Assembly: GCA_002839505.1 (NCBI GenBank)
Contig: PGYE01000001.1
Coordinates: 230,459 to 294,458 of the forward strand
Length of the DNA stretch: 64,000 bases
Direction: 5' to 3'
From: Candidatus Peregrinibacteria bacterium HGW-Peregrinibacteria-1
GTDB lineage: Bacteria; Patescibacteriota; Gracilibacteria; UBA1369; LOWO2-01-FULL-3
The position numbers and the translations under genes were made by a program. Positions 55,960 through 64,000 of the stretch are shown here, one piece after another; position 1 is the first letter of the stretch, and each line of letters begins with the position of its first letter. The notes below the pieces were generated by a model that was not told the origin of the DNA, did no database searches, and saw only the letters and a list, made by a program, of their open reading frames with translations.

Positions 55960-57216
55960 TCAGGCAACTTTGGCCAAAGCGGCCACAATTTCTTCAGCAG
56001 CTTCCTCATCAATCCCATCTACATCCAAGAAGTCCTTAGAACCCAAGCCCTTGATTTGTTGTACAAGAGTTAGATTCGCATCTTCCAGCGCTTGAATTAC
56101 AGCTGGATCAAGATCTAGGTCGCTAATATTCTCCAATGTGGCCTTCGCCGCCTTTTCTTTACTTGCAGTATCCTTATCCACCAAATCACCTACATCCAAA
56201 ATATCCAACTCCCATCCGGTAAGAAGCGAAGCTAATCTCACATTTTGTCCCTGTTTACCAATTGCCAATGGTCTTTGATCCGGATCTACATAAATTTTTG
56301 CGCGTTTTTCATCTTCAAATAGTACTATTTTAGCTACCTTTGCCGGTGCCAAAGCAGTTTTTATGTGCGACTCGATAGACTCATTCCACTGAATGATATC
56401 AATTCTCTCACCGTTAAGCTCATCCATAATATTTTGAACACGCACACCCTTTTGTCCGACACATGATCCAATCGGATCGATCTTCTCATCACTTGAATAA
56501 ACAGACACCTTACATCTCACTCCCGGTTCTCGTGCAATAGCCTTTATCTCGACCAAACCAGATTTAATCTCAGGAATCTCCAATTCCAACAACTTTTTCA
56601 CAAGATTTGGATGCGTCCTCGAAATTATCAACTGTGGCCCCTTTGTAGTTTTCACAACCTTGTCCAAATAGAGTTTAATACGCTGCCCATTATAATATTT
56701 TTCTCCCGGAATCTGGTGCTCATAGGGGATATGAGTAGTAGTCTTATTATCAAGATTCACATACACATTACGCCCATCAACTCTCTGTACGATTGAGTTA
56801 ATCAATTCGTTTTCACGATCTTTGAAGACATCATACAAGACATCTCTTTCCGCATCCTGAATTTTTTGTATGATAACCTGCTTTGCCGCTTGTGCTGCAA
56901 TACGCCCATAATCTGTCGGAGTTACATCAATCTTCACAACTCCTCCAACTTTCGCCTTCTTATCATACTTGTTAGCCTCTTTTAGTGACATTTCCAAATC
57001 TTCATCTTCTACCTTATCCACAATATTCTTCACCAAATACACCGTTGCCAACCCAGACTCGTTGTCCAAGCTCACATCAATTTCCTGATTTTTATTTCCA
57101 TAATCCTTACGATAAGCCGCTCTTAAAGCCGCCTCAATCGTCTCGATCACCTTATCCCTAGGGATGTTTTTTTCGTCACATATCTGATTTATCGCCGCAA
57201 AAAATTGAGATTTCAT
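55960..57216 (-). CDS. nusA: Transcription termination/antitermination factor NusA
   Basis: 418 aa. NusA N-domain, S1, two KH domains (CVGQKGVRVQNI, AIGKQGQNVRLAS) and a C-terminal HhH-like acidic repeat. Confidence 0.95.
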   Translation of the reverse strand: MKSQFFAAINQICDEKNIPRDKVIETIEAALRAAYRKDYGNKNQEIDVSLDNESGLATVYLVKNIVDKVEDEDLEMSLKEANKYDKKAKVGGVVKIDVTPTDYGRIAAQAAKQVIIQKIQDAERDVLYDVFKDRENELINSIVQRVDGRNVYVNLDNKTTTHIPYEHQIPGEKYYNGQRIKLYLDKVVKTTKGPQLIISRTHPNLVKKLLELEIPEIKSGLVEIKAIAREPGVRCKVSVYSSDEKIDPIGSCVGQKGVRVQNIMDELNGERIDIIQWNESIESHIKTALAPAKVAKIVLFEDEKRAKIYVDPDQRPLAIGKQGQNVRLASLLTGWELDILDVGDLVDKDTASKEKAAKATLENISDLDLDPAVIQALEDANLTLVQQIKGLGSKDFLDVDGIDEEAAEEIVAALAKVA

Positions 57217-57281
57217 ATTTTATATTGTTTGTAATTATTCAACAGAAAGAGAGACCCTAAATTAATAGAACCTCTTACAAC

Positions 57282-57752
57282 CTAACGGTAACATCTTTCT
57301 AGCAAAGTGTAAATAGTTTCTCGCGTAAAACCCTTTGAGCTCAAATACCTCAGAGCTCGCTCCTTTTGTTTTATTTCTGGGTACTTTGTCCAATTCTGGG
57401 TGCGCTTATTCAGTAATTCTTCCCCCATTTCAACTTCATCGATCATGACATCATCCAAAACACCTTCCACTATATCAATATTTATCCCCTTACATAAAAG
57501 CTCCTGCCTTAGTAGTAGTTTCCCCCTGGGCTTAAATTTAACCCTGTCAGATATGAAGTCCTTACAATATTGATAATCATCAATATATGCTAACTCTTGG
57601 AGTCTTTTCATCAATTTATCAATCAATTCATAGTTGCCATCCAAGTTAAGGTCACAAAATTTCATCAACTTCTTTTCCATTTGTGCACAGCTATAGCGCT
57701 TCGCTGTAGCTAGTACCAGAGCATAATCCAACATTTTATTATAAGATTCCAT
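57282..57752 (-). CDS. recX: RecA regulator RecX
   Basis: 156 aa, helical-repeat protein immediately downstream of recA. ALRYLSSKGF-type C-terminal repeat. Confidence 0.75.
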   Translation of the reverse strand: MESYNKMLDYALVLATAKRYSCAQMEKKLMKFCDLNLDGNYELIDKLMKRLQELAYIDDYQYCKDFISDRVKFKPRGKLLLRQELLCKGINIDIVEGVLDDVMIDEVEMGEELLNKRTQNWTKYPEIKQKERALRYLSSKGFTRETIYTLLERCYR

Positions 57753-57803
57753 TATTAAAAGAATGATTAGAAAGTGTTAAAAAACAGGCGAGCTTGTCGA
57801 CGA

Positions 57804-58886
57804 TTATGCAACATCGACTTCGTCTAATGATTCCTCTTTATCGTTAGCAACAATATTCTTTACTAGTTTTTCAATATCCTCCGGTTTTCCAAAAGCTAAA
57901 GTACGAACTTCCTTTTCAATATTCTCGAGAACCTTGGGATTTTCACTAAGATAGGATTTAACTTTTTCCCTTCCTTGGCCGAGCTTATCATTTTTATAGC
58001 TATAGAATGAACCTGCTTTACGAGTAACATTATATTTTGTTGCAACATCCAATAAATCTCCCTCAAAGGAAATTCCCTTATTGTACATAATATCGAACTC
58101 AGCCGATTTAAATGGCGGTGCGATCTTATTTTTAACCACCTTAACTTTCACTCTATTACCTATTGCATCTTTATCCACAGAGCCCGCATCCTCAATCTTA
58201 GAGGCAGCCCTTATATCCATACGAACAGAGGCGTAAAACTTCAATGCTCGTCCTCCTGTGGTGGTTTCCGGATTACCAAAGACTACACCGATTTTCATTC
58301 TTAACTGATTCAAGAATATAACAGTAGTTTTTGTTTTACTTATTATTGCGGTTAATTTTCTCAAGGCCTGACTCATCAAGCGCGCCTGGAGTCCCATATG
58401 AGAATCACCCATATCGCCATCAATCTCAGCGCGTGGAGTCAAAGCGGCAACCGAGTCCACAACAATAACATCCAACGCATTACTTCTGACCAATGTTTCA
58501 ACTATCTCCAATGCTTGCTCTCCACTATCGGGCTGAGATATCAAAACATCTTCCACCTTTACACCGATTCGCTTCGCATACTGAGGATCTAATGCATGTT
58601 CAGCATCGATAAATGCCACCTGACCTCCCACCTTTTGCGCTTCTGCGAGAATATGCAAACTCAAAGTGGTTTTACCAGAACTTTCAGGCCCGTATATCTC
58701 AATTATCCTTCCTCGTGGAATCCCTCCACCCAATGCAATATCCAATGATAATGCTCCAGTTGAAATAGTCTCAACAGCCATTGAGTATTTATCGTCCATT
58801 TTCATAATTGAACCCTTGCCAAAGTTTTTTTCGATCTGGGCAATAGCCAGCTCAATTGCCTTTGATTTCTCTTTATTATCGTTCAT
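57804..58886 (-). CDS. recA: Recombinase RecA
   Basis: Walker [10 protein letters not shown], plus [10 protein letters not shown] and [10 protein letters not shown]-like motifs. Met at 58886 ([28 protein letters not shown]) is preferred to the ORF-track start 58976. Confidence 0.96.
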   Translation of the reverse strand: MNDNKEKSKAIELAIAQIEKNFGKGSIMKMDDKYSMAVETISTGALSLDIALGGGIPRGRIIEIYGPESSGKTTLSLHILAEAQKVGGQVAFIDAEHALDPQYAKRIGVKVEDVLISQPDSGEQALEIVETLVRSNALDVIVVDSVAALTPRAEIDGDMGDSHMGLQARLMSQALRKLTAIISKTKTTVIFLNQLRMKIGVVFGNPETTTGGRALKFYASVRMDIRAASKIEDAGSVDKDAIGNRVKVKVVKNKIAPPFKSAEFDIMYNKGISFEGDLLDVATKYNVTRKAGSFYSYKNDKLGQGREKVKSYLSENPKVLENIEKEVRTLAFGKPEDIEKLVKNIVANDKEESLDEVDVA

Positions 58887-58986
58887 TTTTTTTGTGATTA
58901 AGTAAGTATCCCCAATATAGGTGAGGGTACACTCACCGTCAATAGTAAATTTAATAAACCACCAAAAAGGCGACAATCAAAAGGCT

Positions 58987-59253
58987 TTAAAGACTTTTAT
59001 CAGTTGTCTCAGATTTAGCAACAGATTCGCCATCATCCTTTTTTACTCTTTTTGCCGGCATCTCATCCATTCTAAAATAATTCACAATACTTCGATGCGT
59101 ACCGAAAGCCACATTCTTCGTTCCACATTTAGCACAGGTATATACATATTTTTTTCCTACTCTTGAAGTGTCGACAATTTCATTACAATCCTTGCAGTAA
59201 AAAACAATTTGTAAACTTTCCGGAGCCACCTCTTTGTTTGAATCTTCAGCCAT
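58987..59253 (-). CDS. Small zinc-ribbon protein (88 aa)
   Basis: CKDC...(17 aa)...CAKC four-cysteine ribbon. Located upstream of recA on the same strand. Confidence 0.55.
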   Translation of the reverse strand: MAEDSNKEVAPESLQIVFYCKDCNEIVDTSRVGKKYVYTCAKCGTKNVAFGTHRSIVNYFRMDEMPAKRVKKDDGESVAKSETTDKSL

Positions 59254-59258
59254 AATAG

Positions 59259-59876
59259 TTAATTAACATTCTCAATATTTTGTGTGCGATCCAGTGATTC
59301 TTCAAAGTTGCCTTCTTGCGCATTCTTCACCGCCATCGTTCCATGATCATAACTCGAAGTCACCGATTTTTGAACTCTTTCTTGCATCATTGCCTCAATA
59401 TCTGTTTCTCTATTTTTCAATTCACTATGTCTTGCCTCATCTTTCACCAGTAGAAAAGCACCAATGAATACCGACAGAGTACCTACAAGCGACAATATAC
59501 TTCCGATACCTACCGCCTTACTTGTTATATTTATCCCGAACTTAGGATGAAAAAATGCCGATAAAGCTATTACTAAAGCCGAAAAAGAAACCACGCTTAA
59601 AATTATAAACAACTTCGACCTTTCAATACCAAAAGCCCAATCTTTTCGCCCCATCATCTTCAAGCCAGACATTGTCACAATAGCAAATGCGCACACTCCG
59701 ACAATTACCCCAGTCAAATACAACGGCCCGGTAATCCCAAGAAACACCCCACTGGTTCTGAAAGTATCAAAGTCCTTGTACCACGGTAAAAAGATGCCCA
59801 AAAAAGCAATCACCCCACCAGTCACAATAAGCTTTTCGCTTAACAATAATCTTTTAAATCTTTCTTTGATCACCAT
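59259..59876 (-). CDS. Hypothetical integral membrane protein (205 aa)
   Basis: Four predicted TM helices followed by a hydrophilic C-terminal tail. 5-nt gap to the downstream zinc-ribbon ORF. Confidence 0.6.
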   Translation of the reverse strand: MVIKERFKRLLLSEKLIVTGGVIAFLGIFLPWYKDFDTFRTSGVFLGITGPLYLTGVIVGVCAFAIVTMSGLKMMGRKDWAFGIERSKLFIILSVVSFSALVIALSAFFHPKFGINITSKAVGIGSILSLVGTLSVFIGAFLLVKDEARHSELKNRETDIEAMMQERVQKSVTSSYDHGTMAVKNAQEGNFEESLDRTQNIENVN

Positions 59877-59989
59877 GATTGTTTATTATCTGAACCAAAG
59901 CATAATGAAAACTTCTAAAATGTAAAGACCACTGTGTCTGTAATCGAATTTTACATCTCACCAATCAAGATAAATTCAATAAGTAAAAA

Positions 59990-61114
59990 ATGACGAACCC
60001 CACCACCAAAAATAGTAGCTCACCCTTAAAAATCGCTATCGATGTTCGCACCGCACATGGCAATAAAGCAGGCAAGGGCTGGTATACACTAAATCTCGTC
60101 AACAGTTTATTGAAAATCGATAGTCAAAATCACTATATTCTTTATACACAAAGCTACATCCAAGAATTCGCCTCTTTTCGCAACGCAACGCAGGTAGTTA
60201 TCCCCACCAAAGGACTACGCTGGCACTTTAAAGTGTCCCACAATGCCAAAAAACAAAAAGTCGATTATTTCATTTCCCCAACCAGCTACATTATCCCCTC
60301 AATCATCACCTCCAAAATAAAAACCATCACCACTGTTCACGATCTTATCTCAATTTTATTCCCCGATAATCATGAAAAAAAAGCGGTATTTATCGAAAAA
60401 CTACTGCTAAACCGAACCCTTCGCCGCTCTCACCACATTATTCCAGTCTCTCACAGCACCCTTCAAGATCTCAAAAATCAATACAAGAAAGCCCCCATCA
60501 GTGCGACCGTCATTCCTAACGCCGCCAGCAACGACTATCGACCTTTAACCGGCACCCCCCTCCATGAGTTCAAAGAAGCGCACAACATCAACTCTCCATT
60601 CTTCCTTGCTGTCGGCACAATAATTCCCCGAAAAAACTACAGCACCTTAATCGACGCCTTCCGCGAATTTCAAAAATCCCATCCCGACCATAAGTTGATT
60701 ATCGTCGGTCAAGATGGCTGGGGAGCCCAAGAAATTCACCTAAAAGTAAAAGAACATGGCCTCGAAAACAATATCATTTTCTGGGGATACTGCTCCAACG
60801 AAGAGCTTGTATATCTATATAATCTCGCTGTTGCACTTATCTGCCCATCACTATACGAAGGATTTGGCATACCTCCCCTTGAAGCCATGCAATCCGGATG
60901 CCCGGTCATCGCATCCAATCGATCATCACTTCCAGAAGTAGTAGGGGATAGCGCTATTATGATCGACCCTAATAGCAGCAAAAGAATCACGCAAGCAATG
61001 GAAGAAATATTAAATCCAGACACCCGCCAAAAACTTATTTCCAGTGGACTTAACCGCTCCAAAGAGTTCTCATGGGAAAAATCTGCCGCTAAACTGCTCA
61101 AGATTCTCAAGTAA
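59990..61114 (+). CDS. Glycosyltransferase family 1 (GT4-type, GT-B fold)
   Basis: 374 aa. C-terminal ...[25 protein letters not shown]... is the EX7E-type motif of GT1/GT4 enzymes. Confidence 0.85.
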   Translation: MTNPTTKNSSSPLKIAIDVRTAHGNKAGKGWYTLNLVNSLLKIDSQNHYILYTQSYIQEFASFRNATQVVIPTKGLRWHFKVSHNAKKQKVDYFISPTSYIIPSIITSKIKTITTVHDLISILFPDNHEKKAVFIEKLLLNRTLRRSHHIIPVSHSTLQDLKNQYKKAPISATVIPNAASNDYRPLTGTPLHEFKEAHNINSPFFLAVGTIIPRKNYSTLIDAFREFQKSHPDHKLIIVGQDGWGAQEIHLKVKEHGLENNIIFWGYCSNEELVYLYNLAVALICPSLYEGFGIPPLEAMQSGCPVIASNRSSLPEVVGDSAIMIDPNSSKRITQAMEEILNPDTRQKLISSGLNRSKEFSWEKSAAKLLKILK

Positions 61115-61120
61115 GACCAA

Positions 61121-63844
61121 TCAACTCAACTTTACCAAGTTTTGTTTTTCCCTGATTCGTGCCTGTGCTGCCGACAATATCGCTGTTGGAACTCTAAATG
61201 GACTGCAGCTTATATAATCCAGACCCAACTTGTGGCAAAAATCCACCGACTCCGGATCACCAGCCTGTTCACCACAAATCCCCACCTCTAACCCCGGCTT
61301 GCTCATTCTACCTTTAGCCACACATATTTTCATCAATTCACCGACACCATTTTGATCGATCTTTCCCATCGGATCACCTTTCAGAATACCCTTTTCAAAA
61401 TACTCCGGTAAAAATTTCCCACTATCATCACGAGAATAACCAAAAGTCATCTGAGTCAGATCATTTGTCCCAAACGAGAAAAAATCTGCAAACTCCGAAA
61501 TCTCATCTGCTGTCAGACACGCCCTCGGCACCTCTATCATCGTTCCGATCGTATAGTCAAAATTTATTTCTTTGAACCCATTGATTGTCTCTTCAATCAC
61601 CCCTCTAATAAATCTCAACTCATTAACATGGCTGATCAATGGCACCTCTATATGCACATTGATTCGTCTATAACTTTCATCAGTTTGATTATCGGACATA
61701 TCCCAGCTTCCATATGCCATCACCCTATTTGCCGCCGCACAAATCGCCCTCACCTGCATCTGATAAATTTCCGGAAAAGTCACACCTAATCGACACCCGC
61801 GATGCCCCATCATCGGATTCACCTCATGTAAGCTATTAGAAACCTTAATCACCTCATCGACAGTACAACCGATCTCTTGCGCCAATTTATTCATCTGAGC
61901 CCTTGTTCTTGGCAAAAACTCATGCAACGGAGGATCTAAAAGCCTTATCACCACCGGACGGTTTCTCATAACTTCCAAAATATCAGTAAAGTCTTTTGTC
62001 TGTATGCGCTCCAATTGCTTCAAAACTTCTCCTCGCACGGCATCATTTTGCGCCAAAATCAACCGTCTAACCAACGGAATTCTATCCTCATCAAAAAACA
62101 TATGTTCAGTCCGGCAAAGCCCAACACCTTCCGCCCCCAAAGACAAAGACTGTTTACAATCCTCCGGATTATCAGCATTTGCCCTCACCTCCATCCTTTT
62201 AATCTCTTTTGCCCACTCCAGTATCACCTTAAACTCCTCACTGATCTTCGCCTTTTCCATCTCAAGTTCCCCCAACATCACCTCACCAGTACCTCCATCC
62301 AATGTAATAGTCTCCCCCTCTTTCAAAACAATACCATCGACCCTCATCTCTCTTTTATCCTCATTAATATCAAGTTTTTCACAACCAGACACACAGCACT
62401 TTCCCATCCCTCGGCACACCACCGCCGCATGACTTGTCATACCGCCCCTTGCCGTCAAGATCCCTTCCGCAATATGCATTCCACTTATATCCTCAGGACT
62501 AGTCTCATTTCGCACCAGAATAACCTTTTCACCGTGATTCTTGACCAACTCCACAGCCTTTTCAGTATCAAAAACAATTTTCCCTGAAGCCGCACCAGGT
62601 GATGCCGCCAATCCCTTAGCCAAAATATCTCTCTCAACGCCACTTTTTATCTGAGGATGCAACATCTGCCCGATCTGATTTGGATCAATACTCATAATCG
62701 CCTCCTCCTTCGTAATGATTCCCTCCCCCACCATATCAATGGCAACCTTCAACGCCGCTCTCATAGTTCGCTTCCCGCTTCTTGTCTGCAACAAATAAAG
62801 CTTTCCTTTTTCAATCGTAAATTCGATATCTTGCAAATCACGATAATGAAGCTCCAACTTCTCTTTCACGCTCAAAAGCTGTCTATACAAATCAATATTC
62901 ACATTTTCCAACTCTTCTATATTCATTGGTGTCCTGATACCGGCAACCACATCTTCTCCTTGCGCATTAACTAGAAACTCTCCATATATTTTTCTTTCGC
63001 CTGTAGACGGATTTCTCGTAAACGCCACACCGGTACCGCTATCATTCCCAATATTCCCAAACACCATTGATTGAATTGTTACAGCCGTCCCTCCAGCATC
63101 ATCAATTCCATGAATTTTTCTATAGGTAATTGCTCGATCATTAGTCCAAGACTTAAAAACTGCCTCCACTGCCATCTTCAACTGCTCATATGGATTTTGT
63201 GGAAACTCTGCCCCCGACAACTCCGCAATCAGATTTTTATAATCACTAACTATATTTTGCAGATCATCGCTATCCAGCTCCATGTCCAACTCCACGCCCT
63301 TAGCGACCTTCACCGCCCCCAGAATCTTCTCAAATCTTTTATGGTCAATACCCAAAACGACCGCACCAAACATCTGTAAAAACCTACGATAACTATCAAA
63401 AGCAAATCTTTCATCTTTAGTCTTATCGATCAGACCTAAAACCGTCTCATCATTAAGACCTAAATTAAGAATAGTATCCATCATCCCAGGCATCGAAACC
63501 GCGGCACCACTTCTCACTGAAACCAACAGGGGATTATGACGATCCCCAAATCTTTTCACCATTTTTACCTCCAATAAACGCAGCTTTTCCTGCAGGTCTG
63601 AAGCAAACGCATCCGGATATCTTCCAGTCTGCAAAAAGTACTCACAAACCTGTGTCGTAATCACAAAACCGAACGGAACACTGATCCCGATCTTAGTCAT
63701 CTCCGACAGATTTGCCCCTTTCCCTCCCAAAATATCAACCATATCCTTATTACCCTCATCAAAAGAATACACCAATTTATACTCGACCTCACTACTGCGT
63801 TCTATCCTTTTCCTTGCTAAAAATGAAGCTCCTGAGTCTAACAT
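61121..63844 (-). CDS. ppdK: Pyruvate, phosphate dikinase
   Basis: 907 aa. N-terminal [11 protein letters not shown], phosphohistidine region [15 protein letters not shown], and a PEP-utiliser TIM barrel with GICGE. Confidence 0.95.
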   Translation of the reverse strand: MLDSGASFLARKRIERSSEVEYKLVYSFDEGNKDMVDILGGKGANLSEMTKIGISVPFGFVITTQVCEYFLQTGRYPDAFASDLQEKLRLLEVKMVKRFGDRHNPLLVSVRSGAAVSMPGMMDTILNLGLNDETVLGLIDKTKDERFAFDSYRRFLQMFGAVVLGIDHKRFEKILGAVKVAKGVELDMELDSDDLQNIVSDYKNLIAELSGAEFPQNPYEQLKMAVEAVFKSWTNDRAITYRKIHGIDDAGGTAVTIQSMVFGNIGNDSGTGVAFTRNPSTGERKIYGEFLVNAQGEDVVAGIRTPMNIEELENVNIDLYRQLLSVKEKLELHYRDLQDIEFTIEKGKLYLLQTRSGKRTMRAALKVAIDMVGEGIITKEEAIMSIDPNQIGQMLHPQIKSGVERDILAKGLAASPGAASGKIVFDTEKAVELVKNHGEKVILVRNETSPEDISGMHIAEGILTARGGMTSHAAVVCRGMGKCCVSGCEKLDINEDKREMRVDGIVLKEGETITLDGGTGEVMLGELEMEKAKISEEFKVILEWAKEIKRMEVRANADNPEDCKQSLSLGAEGVGLCRTEHMFFDEDRIPLVRRLILAQNDAVRGEVLKQLERIQTKDFTDILEVMRNRPVVIRLLDPPLHEFLPRTRAQMNKLAQEIGCTVDEVIKVSNSLHEVNPMMGHRGCRLGVTFPEIYQMQVRAICAAANRVMAYGSWDMSDNQTDESYRRINVHIEVPLISHVNELRFIRGVIEETINGFKEINFDYTIGTMIEVPRACLTADEISEFADFFSFGTNDLTQMTFGYSRDDSGKFLPEYFEKGILKGDPMGKIDQNGVGELMKICVAKGRMSKPGLEVGICGEQAGDPESVDFCHKLGLDYISCSPFRVPTAILSAAQARIREKQNLVKLS

Positions 63845-63903
63845 ATGCTAACAATTAATTTTCAGAACTATAAGAATGCTCTCATAAAAACACAAGAACC
63901 ACC

Positions 63904-63939
63904 AAAACAAAAGACCTGCGCACGCAGGTCTTTTGTTTT
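63904..63939 (-). terminator. Hairpin terminator for a minus-strand gene that enters from beyond the window end
   Basis: aaaacaaaagacctg / caggtcttttgtttt arms around a cgcacg loop. It lies upstream of the ppdK start and downstream of an open minus-strand frame. Confidence 0.7.
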
Positions 63940-63952
63940 ATAGCGTTACAAC

Positions 63953-64000
63953 CTACTTCCAAAAACTAAACCATTTTTTAGATGTCGGCTCCTGCAATAA
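63953..64000 (-). CDS. Possible 3' end of a minus-strand CDS continuing beyond the window
   Basis: The minus-strand frame is open from the window edge to TAG (63955-63953). An alternative frame stops at 63948-63946. A strong terminator hairpin follows within 15 nt. The product is unknowable from 16 codons. Confidence 0.3.
   Translation of the reverse strand, partial: LLQEPTSKKWFSFWK

Noticed and set aside
58920-58937. Small palindrome GGTGAG-N6-CTCACC about 35-50 nt upstream of recA as a possible SOS/LexA box
   Set aside because: It matches neither the CTGT-N8-ACAG nor the GAAC-N4-GTTC LexA consensus. No lexA is in the window. A 6-bp inverted repeat is too weak a basis for a call.

Overview
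64-kb chromosomal segment from a small-genome bacterium. The gene content suggests a CPR/Patescibacteria-like (possibly Peregrinibacteria-type) lineage, but this is a low-confidence inference. The standard genetic code applies: TGA is used as a stop codon and an intact RF2 gene is present. The window is densely packed with housekeeping genes. Division and cell-wall genes are ftsA, ftsZ, a FemAB-family gene, a MOP flippase, murD, murB, murI and two DUF881 genes. Information-processing genes are a 5'-3' exonuclease, def, prfB, rnj, trmB, dus, ybeY, a SpoU methyltransferase, lysS, dnaB, yraN, comM, nusA, recX and recA. Also present are clpB, xfp, nfo, guaA, ppdK, and three tRNAs (Pro-UGG, Thr-UGU, Tyr-GUA). 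Four very large secreted beta-propeller proteins with C-terminal SLH-type anchors are interspersed, along with several orphan hydrophilic proteins and one VapBC-like toxin-antitoxin pair. I found no rRNA, CRISPR array, transposase, integrase or reverse transcriptase. The most unusual item is a ~280-nt intergenic element (26496-26773) that folds into nested long-range helices and matches no RNA family I recognise. Other notable items are: a perfect 21-bp inverted repeat plus a dense GTCGAC cluster at a membrane-anchored HTH gene next to the DUF881 pair; a perfect CIRCE operator embedded in a consensus promoter in front of clpB; strong strand compositional asymmetry, where codon third positions flip C/G with gene orientation and create many long shadow ORFs; and a general lack of Shine-Dalgarno motifs. 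All calls come from reading the sequence and ORF translations only, with no database search.
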